Below, one piece after another: positions 24,770 through 39,489 of a DNA stretch of 64,000 bases. Under the pieces are notes generated by a model that did not search any database, was not told the DNA's origin, and saw nothing but the letters and a program-made list of their open reading frames with translations. The translations under genes were made by a program, and so were the position numbers. The stretch lies in NCBI RefSeq assembly GCF_009914755.1, contig NC_060931.1, one strand, 5' to 3'. Position 1 is the stretch's first letter, and every line of letters begins with the position of its first letter. Source of the stretch: the human T2T-CHM13v2.0 reference genome, Homo sapiens.

Positions 24770-24995
24770 TGTTGTTTTAAAGCAGTTCTCCATGGAACAG
24801 ACATTTATATGCAGAAAGTTTAATAGGGGAGCATAAGAAGTAGGGCTAGGCAGAGGGAGGGTTTAAACTAGATGAATTCACAGCAAAGGTTCATACAATG
24901 ATGTGGGTACTGTGAAGCAGGGATGGCCCCATCAGTGTTGTCCTGCTTTTAGGCAAGGGGGTTGGACATTTATGCCCCCATCTGGATAGTTAACC
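24770..24995. mobile_element. Old ERVL LTR fragment (LTR33-like)
   Basis: gcagaaagtttaatagggga...ggcagagggag...gggatggcccc...gttgtcc...ggcaaggggg resembles the recalled LTR33 consensus. Confidence 0.5.
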
Positions 24996-27900
24996 AGTTA
25001 CTAATTAGTTAAAAATGACTAATTAGTTAAAAAAATTAGTTATTAATTTTCAACTAATTACTAATTAGTAAAACTAGTTAAAAATGACTAATTAAAAATG
25101 AAAGCTAAATAAACTAAAATGTTTATTTTTGTCTCTCTGCTAGATTGTCCTTAAAATAAACAGCAAATAGCAACAATCTGGAAGTGAAATAACCTATGGT
25201 TTTATTCATAAACATTTTGCAGTTGTTATCAAAGACAAAGCATTAAGGAGGTATGCAAATTTCACATTCATTCTGACTCTTAGAAAAGGATGAAGGTTAC
25301 CAAAGTTCAGGTACTTGCTTTCTAAAGAGCACCTTTATTGTTCTCATGGTTCTTGTGCAAGTTTTATTGAGAGGCTTAGTAGAATAATGATCTTGAAGTC
25401 AAAGGAACTAAAGAGTAGACATTATCCTTTGGTCATGCACTTCACCATGTTTGAAGCTGAATAAATGTTTATTTAATAAGAACAGTGACTTTACAGTCAA
25501 AAAGGAATGTTTGCACTTGCCTATGGCAATGATTGCAAGTATTCACTAATATATTTAATGAAAGGAATTAATATTTTTTGATAGAAAATGTATCATATTA
25601 ATATCTTTACTGAGTTAAAGAACATGAATCAAGCACATGATCTTTGAAATTGTCAAATTTCAAATTTGTGAAGGCATTATTTAAATGATAAATGAGACAA
25701 TTTTTAAAAATAAATTATTTAAACACATTTTCAATGTTCTCAGTTCCAGCCAAATTGAAAATGAAAGTAAAATTTTATTGCCTTCTTGAAATTCTAAAAC
25801 ACATCTTGTATTAGTTTTCAAATTATCTTCAGTTGAGTGTAGGTGGATGTATAGTTACACTTAGAAGTCAATTTAAACAAGTTATATATTTGAGGTCATA
25901 ATGTTTATAGAAAGAATGGAGAAAAAATATTTCTATGTGAAACCATCAAATGAAAAATTAAGAATCAATTTGAAGGGATGGAAAAAAATCTCCTACTAAT
26001 CTGTGACTCCTTTAACCTGCCAGAGAATCCTTATTTTTAACACCTGGTATAATGCAGAAACAAATATTGATGACTGGAAAACCGTAAGACTGTCTGATTT
26101 TTATCTTCTCAAATTCTAATCATAAAAGAGGCTACATAAAATTAGCACCTATAGAATGATTCAATGAATATCTCAAATCCATACCTGATGTTACATATCT
26201 TTCCCCAAACAAGTTCACAAAATTTTACCCTTTCAATCTATTTATAACTCCCCTCTGTTGGAGGAAATAAGAAGAATTCTGTGATTGTTGCACATGATAC
26301 TTGGGAGGAGCCCAGGCATTCGGGTAATTTTTATGCACCGAGAGTGTCCTGTACATATTTAATGCTTAGTTGTTAAATACTGATATTTAACAATTTTACT
26401 GTTGTTAAAACAGAACAGTTTAGCAGATTATCTACTGGAGAACTCTGAGGACATGATAGATAATAGGACGGAAGAACTATAAAAAGACTGGCAAGGAGGG
26501 GTTCTGGTCATTCAATGGAGGAACCTTGAGTATACAGGGCCAGGAGATGTACTCAAGAATCTAAAGACAGGCTTGGGAGGGGCTTCAAGATGGATGACTA
26601 GATGCATCTGGTACTCACTTCTTCCACGAAGAGGAACCAAAATAGTGAATAGATAATTACACTTCAAATAAATCACCTAAGAAAAACACTGGAATTCAAC
26701 AGAGAAGTGACAGGAAGCACCAAAAGCAAAGAAGGAGAAGGAAGCAAGGCAGCCTTCTTGACTGGTGTAGGCTGGGGACCTGGAGAGGCTCTCTAATGGA
26801 AAAGGGTAAGTGAGAGATTCCCAACAGTCCACATTCCTGCTGAAGACTCCTAAAATCCTAGCTATGGGAGAGCCCCTTGACCCTCACGGAGCCTGAGACT
26901 AACAAAGGGAGTTCCCTGGAGACTGCAATTGCATTGCTCCATAGAGGGAGCCCACACTGAATCCTACAAGCCCCCAAGTCCTAAGCAGCTGTGTTGACAT
27001 TCCCTGCCTGCAGCTGATACTAGGCTGAGGCAGAAGCCACTTGCAGCAACCTTGCTCCCACCAGCAGAGGGGTGGTCATGCATTTTCACATGCCCTGAAG
27101 ACAAATTTCACTACCACCTCTGCAGGCTGAAGCACAAGTGAAGTGTATGACCCCCAGCCCTCTGTCTGCAGGTTCTCCCACTGACCGCATACATGTCCTC
27201 CAGCAGGGCTGCAGCACAGGTGCTGCTGCCTCAACCCAAGCATTCCACTGGCAACCTAGGGACCAGCCCACCCCTACTTACCATAGCCGGGACCTACATG
27301 CACCATCAAAGGGCTTAAGGACAAGTCCACCAGGCCTAGCTCTGCTCCCCTTGAGTACCCAAGCACGCTATTCAGGGGTCTGTAGATTACCCACCCCAGT
27401 TCACTATCATTGGCACCAGAACACTTCTCCCAGAGTCTGAGGTCATTCCCACAAAAACTGCTGCTACCATCACAGCTGGCACCCACCCACACATGCTACC
27501 TGCAGACTTGAATTCTGTGCTGCCTAACCCATCACAACCACCATCAACACCAATGCAGACCACTTGTGTCCCAGAGGGTTGTACCACCACTGCTAATGCC
27601 ACACCAGCTGCCCAGGGACTTGATAAGCTGCCCACCCACCTGACTAATCACTGTCACTCCTGACATCTGAGCAAGCCACTGGAAGCCCAAAAATAGGCCT
27701 GCCTTGACCCTCTAGCACCAGTGTCAGTGTATGCTGCCCTGAGGCCCAAGGATAGATAAGCTCAGCCCACCACTGCCACCACTGGGACCCACAGACTGGT
27801 CCATCTGGCATCCCAGACACCAGCATAAATTCATCACAGCCTCCACTAATGACTGCACCTTATCCACTGAGGAAATCATATAGACCAATGATGCTGCTTA

Positions 27901-29276
27901 GAGCCAAATATACAGAAACTACACTACTGCACACAACCAGAATCAAAGCCAAAGCACCCCACCCAACCAACATCATAGATACATCTTCAGGAAAAAGTCC
28001 TCCTCTACAAAAGCAAATTCAAAAAATTGGAAGAAGCAACTACTACACCAGATGAGCAGATATTAATGTAAGGACACAGGAAATGTGAAAAAGCAAGGAA
28101 ATATGACACTTCCAAAGGAACACAGAAGTCTACCAAAATAGATCCCAATCAAACGGAATTTGACAAAATCTCCCAAAAGATTTAAAATATTCATTTTAAA
28201 GAGGCTCAGTGAGATAGAATATTGAAAAGCAATACAAAGAAATAAAAAAACAATTCAGGATATGAATGTGAAATTTAACAAAGAGATAAATTTAAAAAAA
28301 AACAAATTTTGGAACTGAAGAATTCCTTGAAAGAAATATAAAATATATTCAAAATTTCAACAATAGATTAAATCTATCAGCAAAATTTCTCAGAACTTGA
28401 AGACAGGTCTTTCGAAATAAACCAGTCAGTCAGAAATATAAAGAAAGAAATTTTTTTAAAAAGAGCAAAGCCTATGTGGCATATGGGACATCATAAAGTG
28501 ACCAAATATTTAAATTTTTGGTTTTCAGGAAGACAAAAAAAAAAAGGATTGTAATACTTATTTAATGAGATAATAAATGAAAACTTCTCAAGTCTAGTAA
28601 CAGATTAAGACATCCTGATACAGGAGACCCAGAGATCCCCAAATATATAAAAGTCAAAGAGATTTTCTCCAAAGCACATTATAGTCAAACTGTCAAAAGT
28701 CAAAGACAAAGAATTCTAAAAACAGCAAGAGAAAAGCATCTAGTCACTTATAAAGAAACATCGATCAGAATAATGGTGAATTTCTTAGCAGAAACTTTAC
28801 AGGCAAGGAGAGAATAGGAAGATACATTCAAAGTACTGAAAGAAAAAAGTGCCAGTCATACCCAGTGCCATATCATACCCAGCAAATTCACCCTTCATAA
28901 ATGAAGGAAAAATAAAGTATTTCTCAGACAAGCAAAAGCTGAGAGGATTAATCACCACTAGACTAGCTCTACAAGAAATGTGTAAGTGTATCCTACACCT
29001 GGAAGTGAAAGAAAAGTATCTGTAATCATGAAAACACATGGAAATTTATAAAATATTTCATCTAACAGCTACAGAGTACTCATATTTCTCACCTGAACAT
29101 GGAAAAGTCTCCACGATAGACCATACGTTAAGATATAAAACAAGTCTGAACAAGTTTTTAAAAATCAAAATTGTATCAAATGTTTTCTCAGAACACAAAG
29201 GAATAAAAGTAGAAATTAATAAGAAAAAGAACTTTGTAAACTGCACAAAACATGGAAATTTAAAAGCATGCTCCTG

Positions 29277-29646
<370 letters not shown>

Positions 29647-31447
29647 TTAAGGAGGATATTTTAAAAATTTTAAAACAAATGAAAATCAAGACATAACATA
29701 CCAAAACGTATGGGATACAGCAAAAGCAGTGCTAAGAAGAAGGTTTATAGTAATAAATGACTACATTGAAAAAGTAGAAATATTTCAAATAAACAATCTA
29801 ATTATTCAATTCAACGCACTAAAAAAGCAGGAGCAAACCAAATCTAAAATTATTAGAAGCAAAGAAACAATAAAGATCAAAGAAGAACTAAACAAAATAG
29901 AGACTAAAATAATTACAAAAGATCAATGAAACAAAGAATTTGTTTTTTGAAAAGATAAGCAAAACCAGTAAGTCACTTGTTAGGCTAACAAAGAAAAAAA
30001 GGAAAAAGACCTAAATAAAGAAAATCAGAAATGAAAAATGAGACATTACCACTGATAAAACATAATTATGAAAGTTCATCAGAAACTATTATGAACACCT
30101 ACCTATACACTAACAAACTAGAAAACCTAGAGGAACTAAATAGATTCCTGGACACAGTCTACGAAGATTGAATCAGGAAAAAATAAAAAACACAAACAGA
30201 CTAATAATGAGTAATGAGATTGAGTCAGCAATTTTAAGAAAAGTCTCCCCCAAAAAAAGTCCAGGGCTGGATGGCTTTACTGCTAAATTCTACCAAATTT
30301 TCCAAGAAGAAATAACACTAATACTCCTCAAACTATACCAAAAAATTAAAAAGGAGGAAATTTTCCCTAATTCATTTTACAAGGCCAGCATTACACTGAT
30401 TTCAAAACCAGACAAGGATGCAACAATAGCAACAACAAAAACTGCAGTCCAGTATCCCTGATGAGCACAGACACAAAAATTCTTAACAAAATACTAGCAA
30501 ACAAAATCCAAAAGCATATTTAAAGATACACCATGATCAAGTGCAGCTTATACCAGGGATGTAAGGATGGGTCACCACACACAAATTAATAAATGTGATA
30601 CATCATATCAACAAAATGAAAGACAAAAACCATATAATCAACAGATGCAGAAAAAGTGTTTGATAAAATTCAGCATCCTTTCATGGTAAAAAAGACTCTC
30701 AGCAAACTATCCATAGAAGGAACATACCTCAATATAATATCATAAAGGCCATATATGACACTCCACTCCACATCATATTGAATGAGGAAAAGCGGAAAGC
30801 CTTTCTCTAAGTACTGTAATAAGAAAAAGATACCCATTTTTACCACTCTTATTCACTCTAGTACTGGAAGTCCTAGCTAGAACAATCAGGCAAGAGAAAG
30901 AAATAAAATACATCCAAATGGAAAAGAGGAAGTTAAATTGTCCCTCTTTGTTGATGACATGATCTGATATGAAGAACACCCTAAAGGCTCCACCGAAAGT
31001 TCCTAAATATGATGAATAATTCAGTAAGCTTGCAGGATACAAAATCAACATACAGAAATTAGTAGCATTTCTATAAACTAATAATGAACTAGCTGACAAA
31101 GAAAAGAAAGCAATCCCATTGATAATAGCTACAGAAATTAAAATACTTAGAAATAAATTTCATCAAGCACATTAAAGGAAATGTGCTACAGGGAAAACTA
31201 CAAAACATTGATGAAAGAAATTGAAGAGAACACAAACAAATGGAAAGACATCCCATGCTTATGGAGCAAAATGATTAATATTGTTAAAATAACCATACTG
31301 CCCAAAGCAACCTACAGATTCAATGCGATCCCTATCAAAATACCAATGTCATTTTTCACAGAAATAGAAAAAACAATCCTGAAATATATATGAAACCAAA
31401 AAGAGCTCAAATAGCCAAAGAAATCCTGAGGAAAAGGAACAAAACTG

Positions 31448-31703
31448 GGTCAGGCGCGGTGGCTCACGCCTGTAATCCCAGCACTTTGGGAGGCCGAAGT
31501 GGGTGGATCACGAGGTCAGGAGTTCAAGACCAGCCTGGCCAAGATGGTGAAACCCCATCTCTACTAAAAATACAAAAAATTAGCCAGGTGTGGTGGCAGG
31601 TGCCTGTAATCTCAGCTACTCGCGAGGCTGAGGCAGAGAATTGCTTGCACCCGGGAGGCAGAGGTTGCAGTGAGCCAAGATTGTGCCACTGCGCTCCAGC
31701 CTG
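31448..31703 (+). mobile_element. AluS lacking its 3' end and poly(A), nested in the L1
   Basis: Ends at ctccagcctg; TSD aaggaacaaaactg (31434-31447 / 31715-31728). Confidence 0.9.
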
Positions 31704-31872
31704 TGGAAGCAGGGAAGGAACAAAACTGAAGATATCACATTACCTGACTTAGAAATATATTACAAGTTTATGGAAACCAAAATAGCATGATATTAATATA
31801 CAAATAGACATATAGACAAATGGAACAAAATAGAAAATCCAGAAATAAATCCACATATTTACAGCCAACTAA

Positions 31873-32160
31873 TTTTTTTTTGAGACTTTTGTTCTTGTTG
31901 TCCAGACTGGTGTGCAATGGCGTGTTCTTGGCTCACTGCAACCTCCGCCTCCTGGGTTCAAGCAATTCTCCTGTCTCAGCCTCCCAAGTAGCTGAGATTA
32001 CAGGTGCCTGCCACCATGCCCGGCTAATTTTTGTATTTTTAGTAGAGATGGGGTTTCACCATGTTGGCCAGTCTGGTCTCGAACTCCTGACCTCAGGTTA
32101 TCCACCCACCTCGGCCTCCCAAATTGTTGGGATTACAGGTGTGAACCACTGTGCCCGGCC
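31873..32160 (-). mobile_element. AluSq/Sp-like nested in the L1
   Basis: Full dimer; TSD cagccaactaa (31862-31872 / 32162-32172). Confidence 0.93.
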
Positions 32161-33084
32161 TCAGCCAACTAACTTCTTACCAAAGCATCAAGAGCATACA
32201 TTGTGGAAAGAACATTCTCTTAAATAAATGGTGTTGGTAAAATTGAATATTCATATGCAGAAGAATTAAACTACACCCCTATCTCTTAACATATACAAAA
32301 ATCAACTCAATATGAATTAAATACTTAAACAGAAGACCCAAAGCTATAAAAGTAGTAGAAAAAAATGTAGAGAAAACACTCCAGGACATTGGCATAGGCA
32401 AAGATTTTATGCCTAAGATCTCAAAAGCACAGACAACTGAAACAAAAATAGACAAATGTAACTATATTAAACTGAAAAGCTTCTGCACAGCCAAGGAAAC
32501 AATCAACAAAGTGAAGAGACAACCTGTTGAATGGGAGAAAAAATTTGCAAACTATTCATCCAGCAAGTACTAATATACAGAATATTCAAGGAACTCAAAT
32601 AACTCATCAGTAAAAAACAAATAATTCCATTAAAAAGTAAGCAAAGGACATGAATAGAGTCCTCAAAATAAGTCATACAAATTACAAACAGGTAAATGAA
32701 AAAATGTTCAGCATCACTAATCATTATAGAAATCAAAATCAAAATCACAATGAGATATCATTTCACCCCAGTTAGAATGGCCATTATCAAAAAGGTAACA
32801 AAATAACAAATGCTGTTGAGGATGCAAAGAAAAGGCAATTCTTAGAAACTGTTGGTGGGAATGTACATTAGTACAACTACTATGGAAAACAGTATGATGA
32901 TTTCTCAGAAAGTAAACCATATAATTGAGCAATCCCATTACTGTGTGTTTATCCGAAGGAAAAAAAAAAGGGGATGCTTGCACTCACATATTTATTGTAA
33001 CACTATTCACAATAGCCAATATGTGGAATCAACCTAAGTATCCATAAATGAATGAATGGATAAAGAAAATGTGGTCTATATAAA

Positions 33085-33452
33085 TGTATTGATCTATTCT
33101 CATCCTGCTATAAGGACATACCTGAGACTGGGTAATTTATGAAGGAAAGTGGTTGAATTGACTCACAGTTCTGCATGGCTGAGGAGGCCTCAGGGAACTT
33201 ACAATCATGGTGGAAGAGGAAACAAACACATACTTCTTCACGAGATGGCAGGAAGAAGTGTGGAGCAAAAGGAGGAAAAGCCCTTTATAAAACCATTATA
33301 TTTCATAAGAACTCACTATCACCAGAACAGCATGGAGGTAACAACCCCCATGATTCAATTACCTCCCACTGGGCCCCTCCTACGACACGTGGGGGTTATA
33401 AGAACTACAATTCAAAAGGAGAATTGGGTGGAGACACAGCCAAACCATATCA
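33085..33452 (-). mobile_element. THE1 (THE1C-like) solo LTR nested in the L1
   Basis: tgtatt...cagccaaaccatatca; TSD ataaa/acaaa. Confidence 0.9.
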
Positions 33453-34759
33453 ACAAACAATGGAATAGTATTCAGCCATAAAAAACAATGAAATCCAGGC
33501 ATTTGCAGCAACATGGATAGAACTGAAGGCCATTATGTTATGTGAAATAAGACAGGCACAGAAAGACAAATGTCACATATTCTCACTAGGACCTAGGAGC
33601 TAAAAAATTTGATCTCATGGAGGCAGGGAGTACAATTACTGATTCCAGAGGCTAGTAAGGGTGTGTGATTGAGAGAGCGGTGTGAAGAAAGGTTGGTCAA
33701 TGCATACAAACATACAGATACACAGAAGGCACAAGTTGTAATGTTCAATAGCAGAGCACGGTGACTGTAGCTAGCAACAATATATTTTACACTTTAATGT
33801 AGCTAGAAGAGAGGACTTGAAATGTTCCAAACACACAGAAATGATAAATACTCAAGATGATATATACTCTAAATATGCTGATTTGATCATTACACATTCT
33901 ATGCGTGTAAAAAATGTTAAATTTACCCCATAAATATGTAAAATATTATATATCCCAAAAAACCCTTAAGACATACTTCACGGATTTCATAGTTCTCCCT
34001 GATGTCAATACTGTTAGCTCACTTGTTATTTTCTAATATTCTCTCAGGTAATAACTTTCTCCAGTTTTCATTGTGGGTTCCTTGTATATCTTTTCATATT
34101 TTTATAATTGAGAATGTTAACATGCTTCTTGTTTCTTTCTCTTCTTACCTCGAAGACTTTTGTTTTTCCTCAAGCACAACCAAGAACCACACTGAGGTAA
34201 AAAGTAAAAATGTTGGCCCTTATAAGAAAATTATTGGTTACCTATATTTTACTATTGATGGATTGAGAAATAATAGCAAGAGCAAAGAATCAACCTGTGG
34301 CCTTTGGTTTTCAAGCTAAATATGTATTCTTTCTTCATTTTTAACATGGATCATTAGGTACAAACTTACTTGATTATGGCTTGTTACTATTGCCATTTTT
34401 TAGTATAATATCTTGTTAAAATTTTCCCTCATTCTTCCAAGGATTTATCTTTTCATTAAGATCCTCTGGTCCTAAATATTTGATAAATTCTGTATCAAAG
34501 CTTTTATGATATTTAGTGAAAAAGTGATAAAAAGTTGTAATTAATTAATCTAAAAGCTCAATGATCAATTTTTAAGTAATAATGGTCTCCATAAAAGTAT
34601 TTTGGCAGTGAAATACATAATATATATTTCAGTCTAGATATAGATGATTTTCTACTATACTTGCTCTTTTCTTTTATGTAAAGGTTGTTAGTTTGTTAGC
34701 TGGTTATACAAAGACTAGTCTGAGTATTGATCCTGATTCCTTGGTATATTTTATTCAAA

Positions 34760-34930
34760 TATTTTATGTGTATCATGTATAGAGATAGAAATAAAATTCT
34801 GTAGAAATATATATATATTTCATGAATATATTTAAGTATGTATATTCATAAAATATAGTTTTATATTTCACATATATTTATACATATATTTCATATGTGT
34901 GTAAGTGTATAAATAGATAAGTGTATGGAG
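34760..34930. repeat. AT-rich, TA-dominated low-complexity tract
   Basis: Visible directly in the sequence. Confidence 0.7.
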
Positions 34931-35811
34931 TATCTATTCATGTAATATTGTAAAACAAGAATTTTTAATGACCATACCTGAATAATTTGAAATGCTATCT
35001 GTGGATTAAGATAGTACTTAAACATAAATTTCCAACATGGTTCCTTACAGTGTATTACTGTTTAGATACTAGGAATAGAAAAGCATGTGATTATATAGTA
35101 TTTCTTCTTTTTAGATTTCAGGTGTTTGAGTAGAAAAGGCTGCTATCCAAGTTTTAAGAGCTAAACTTTAAAGGCACACTAAAACTGAATGTTCTCAGAT
35201 TTAATATGAGCAATTTCCTTGCTCTTTTGCCTGCCTAGTAAATCATTTACTCCAGCAGGCAAAATTTTTCTTTCAAAAAAAAGCTTCTTTTGAAAAAAAA
35301 ATCTCAAAATAGTGTTGAAATAGAAGCACTGTGTACTTGCTCTGGATACAAACCTACCAAGACAGAAAAGTGGTTGCCTTTTCACTCATGACCCAGTGGG
35401 AAAATGTAGGAAATGAGTTTTAAGTGAGAATAAATGATGTTATCTAAAAATCTTTTTTACTAAAACAGAAAAAAAAAACCTTACAAATGATTAGAGGACA
35501 GGGTTTAAATTTTCATAGTAATGGAACTATACAAGTATACATTTTGTGCCCAAAGGACCTAGAAGACAAAATGACACTTCAGAATTTAATATCTGTACCT
35601 ATTCATTCTCCTCCCCAAGCTCTAAGAACAGAACAATCCTGATGACATCTGACAGTCCAGAGTCCAAGTTAGAAGCATTCTAATTTTCCTGTGTTTATTT
35701 CTTATTAGAATGGAGAAGAAAAAAAAATTCATAACCAAGACTATAACCAGGAAAGAAGCATTACATAAAAGAGGGAGCCAAAACTATACTATAGCTAAAT
35801 TTTTCTCCTCA

Positions 35812-38193
35812 TGTCTCTTAATTGGACAATTGAGTCCATTTATTTTCAACACTATGGGTAAGAAAGGACTCACTGTTGCCATTTTGTTGCTTGTTTTCTG
35901 TTTTTTTTTTTTTTTGTTTTGTTTTGTTTTGTTTTTTAGACTTCTTATTCCTTCTTTTTATACTGATTTTCTTCATGGTTAAGTGATTTTCTCTGGTGGT
36001 ATGTTTTAATTTGTTTCTTTTTATTTTTAGTCCATCTAGTATAGGTTTTTACATTGTGCTTCCCATGATACTTAACAAAAAAATTATTATAACAAGTTAT
36101 TTTAAGGAGATGACAACTTTTCTTAGATCACAAATAGAAACAAAGAAAAAATGAAAAACAACTTCTGCACTTTACCTCTATTCTCCCCATATTTTGACTT
36201 TATGTTGTCTCAATTTACATATTTTTATATATTGCCCATCTCTTAACAGATTGCTATAGGTATTATTGTTTTTGATAGATTTGTCTTTTCGGCTTCAAAT
36301 TAGAACTATGAGCAGATTGCACACTGCAATTACAGTATTAGAGTATTCTGGCTGTGTCTGTGTATTTAATATTACTAGTGGTTTTTCTATCTTCAAATGT
36401 TTTCTTTTTGCACATTAGTGTTTTTTTCTTTCAGATTGAAGAATTTCCTTTAACATTCCTTGTAAGATGGGGGTAGTGTTGGTGAATTCTCTCAGCTTTT
36501 GTTCATCTGGGAAAGATTTATCTCTCCTTCATAGTTGAAGGATAGCTTTGCTAGACATAGTATTCTTAGGTAGCAGCCTTTTTTTCGTTCTTTCAGTACT
36601 TTGAAAATGCCATCCCCTTCCCTCCTTGCCTGTATAGTTTCCATTGAGAAGTCTGTTGACATATACATTGGAGCTCCTTTATAAGTTATTTGCTTCTTTT
36701 CTCTTGCTGCTTTTAAGGTTCTTTATTTGCCCTTGATTATTGAGAATTTGATTATTATATACCTGGTAGTAATCTTAATTGAGTCAAATATGGTGTTCTC
36801 TGAACTTCTTGTATCTGGATATTTATCTCTTTCTCAATTTTTGGAAAGTTTTCTGTTATTCTTTCTTTGAAAAAGATTTCTACCCCCTGCTCTTGCTTAA
36901 CTCCCTCTTGAATACTAATAATTCTTATATTTGGTCTTTTCAGGTAATTTTCTATATCTTGTAGGTGATCTTTCTTTCTTTTCATTCTTTTTCTCTTCTG
37001 ACTGCATATTTTCAAATAGCCCGTTTTTGAGCTCACTGATTTTTTCTTCTGCTTGATCCATCCTGCTGTTGAAAGCCTCTACAGAATTTTTCAGTTTACC
37101 AAATATGTTTCTGAGTTCTAAGATTTGCTTGATTTTTAAAAATTATTTCAATCTTTTTGTTAAATTTCTCCAATAAATTTTTGAATTGCTTTTCTATGTT
37201 ATCTTGGAGATCCCTGAGTTTCCCTAAAACTACAATTTTGAATTCTTAGAGAGTTTATATGTCACCATGTTATTAGGGTTAGTGACTGGTTCTTTGCTTT
37301 GTCCATTTGAGGAGGTCATAGTTCCCTGTTTGCTGTTGTTCCTTCATGATGTATCTCTATTTGTTTGTATTGAAGCATTAGTTATTATTGCAATCTTCTC
37401 TGTCTGGCTTATTTTGGTTTTTACTGGATATATTTGCTTTGTAATTTACCTGTTGATTTTATTTTGTTTGTTTGTTTTTTTCTACTAGGTTGCTGCCCCA
37501 TTTTCAGCACCATATGGCACCTTAAGCCCAGGTCTGCCTTGGTTCTAGTAAGCAATCACAGTACTGTTTGTCCCATATTGGGGGAAGCACCAAAGGAGAT
37601 ATCCCAGAAGTGTGAGAAGGCTGGGAAGGGGCCCCTTCCTATAGGGCATCTACGGAATAGACTTCCTACAGCACGGAAACAGCCTGCTGAACAGCTACTC
37701 TGATTTGGTGTCTACTTTGGCCAACCTCAGAGAAGAGTTTCTAGGGCTGTGAATGGAAGTGCCACCTCCCTCCTTTCTCTCTGTCCTCAGGAATATTTCT
37801 CATTTCAGGTACCTATGATGGTTCTCATGGGTTGAAACAGGGACAAGTCTCCTGCCAGGGAACCCAAAAGGATGGGAAATATTGTCCAACTTGAACTCAC
37901 TTTTTCCAGTGTGAGTTGGGGAAACTGTGAGTTGGGGAAAATTTTTCTATGTACTTTCTGTCAGGAGATTAGGGTGAGGGGCATTGCAGATGTGGAAGTC
38001 CACTTCTCTTACCATTTGCTCAGAGTTTTTCATTTCTCTGCGGCCTCAGGAATTGTCTAATCATCATATTTGAGTTCTGGGATATTGCTGGTGATAATCT
38101 CAGTACTGAATATTTGGTTTTTATATTCTCTTGGGGGTAGGGTGGGAGAATAATGCCAGCTACCTTCTCTACTGTTATTTTGGAACCAGAAGA
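35812..38193 (-). mobile_element. L1 5' portion (5' UTR, ORF1, start of ORF2); 3' part absent
   Basis: ORF 36755-37036 is ORF1-like (LKRPNIRIISIQEG...ITENFPKIEKEINIQIQEVQRTP); 5' end cttctggttccaaaataacag on the minus strand. Confidence 0.85.
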
Positions 38194-38317
38194 CTCTTCT
38201 CATGTCTCAAAAGAAGAAGTGACTATATAAAGCTTGCTCCTTGGTACCTCTACCATTAGGGTAATAGAATACATACAGAGAAATACAGAAATACAGATGC
38301 ACCCTTACTCAAGGGAT

Positions 38318-38320
<3 letters not shown>

Positions 38321-38372
<52 letters not shown>
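38321..38372. repeat. (GATA)13 tetranucleotide STR
   Basis: 13 perfect units counted. Confidence 0.95.
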
Positions 38373-38373
<1 letters not shown>

Positions 38374-38684
38374 GTGATAAAAGGACAAACCACACATTGG
38401 TCAAAAACAGAATTCAGACAACATAAATTTTCAAGGCAGATTTCAAAAATTAAGATTAACTAACCAAAGATGGATAGGAAGCTGAGAAGAGTATCCAAAG
38501 ACCAAGTAAGAAAGACCAAGTTAACCTGCAAGTGGAATATTCTGTCAAGCACTGCTGTGGCTGCAGTTAATATTTACCAGGCTCCAACCTCCAGGTCTTA
38601 AGTCTTAAGGGCAATGTGCGTGATTCCTAATAAAACGTGTGGATACAAAAATTAGGCAAGGTTTGTATTATCAGTCAAAAGTGG

Positions 38685-38910
38685 CTCATTATAATCCACA
38701 TTACAGGATTCATGAGGAAGATACGATTATTTCAATGGAAATTATGCTAAAAAGGCATTTGATAATATTCAACATGTATTGCTAATTATTAAAATTGGTT
38801 TCTTATTAAAAGTACCTATTATAAATGAATATATACTATCATGTATAATGACAGATTTTTAGACATTTCTGCCAAATTAAAAAGCAAATCATCTGCACTT
38901 TTAATTAATA
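38685..38910 (+). mobile_element. Degraded old L1 ORF2 fragment
   Basis: tgctaaaaaggcatttgataatattcaacat resembles the DAEKAFDKIQH-coding region. Confidence 0.55.
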
Positions 38911-39489
38911 TATTAGTGGGGGATGAAGAGAGGGAAGAATTTCCATCATGGGAAAACTGTAGTCATGAGAGAATAGAAAAAATATGAATAAATAAGGGAT
39001 ATCAGGCAGTGGAGCAAGAGGAGAGCAAATCAGAGAGAGGAGCAGAGGGGCCCAGGTAGGCAGTCTCCAGAGGATGGAGAAAGGCACTCCTGTGATTACT
39101 TTCCTGCCCTTCACTGTAGCTTCCCTGAGGTCTGGCCATACCTGGGAAGTCCCAGGCTGTTCGTGGAATTTTGTGTGGAATTCATTCAGTAAGCCCATAT
39201 TTTCTTTTATGGGGGGGCGGGAACCTATTTTTCTGATTATAAAATGTCACCTTTGAAATTCAAACATATAAGAAGTATAAATAAGGTGAAGATCAGCCAT
39301 AATTTTAACACTTATTGGTGCTTAATCTCCACTGTTTGAGTGTAATGTGCACCAGTGTGTATGTATGTACATGCATACATATATATATATAGTATTTGGT
39401 ATTTTCATGCCATGCTGGTGTGAACTTATATAACCATTGGAGGAGAAATTTGGAAATGTGTATTGGGAGCTACAAAAATAATCCTACTT

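Noticed and set aside
38830-38940. Minus-strand HPPLIY*...ICFLIWQK resembling the Ac45 HPPV...ILFWA segment
   Set aside because: Overlaps a degraded plus-strand L1 ORF2 fragment and has no splice sites; likely chance
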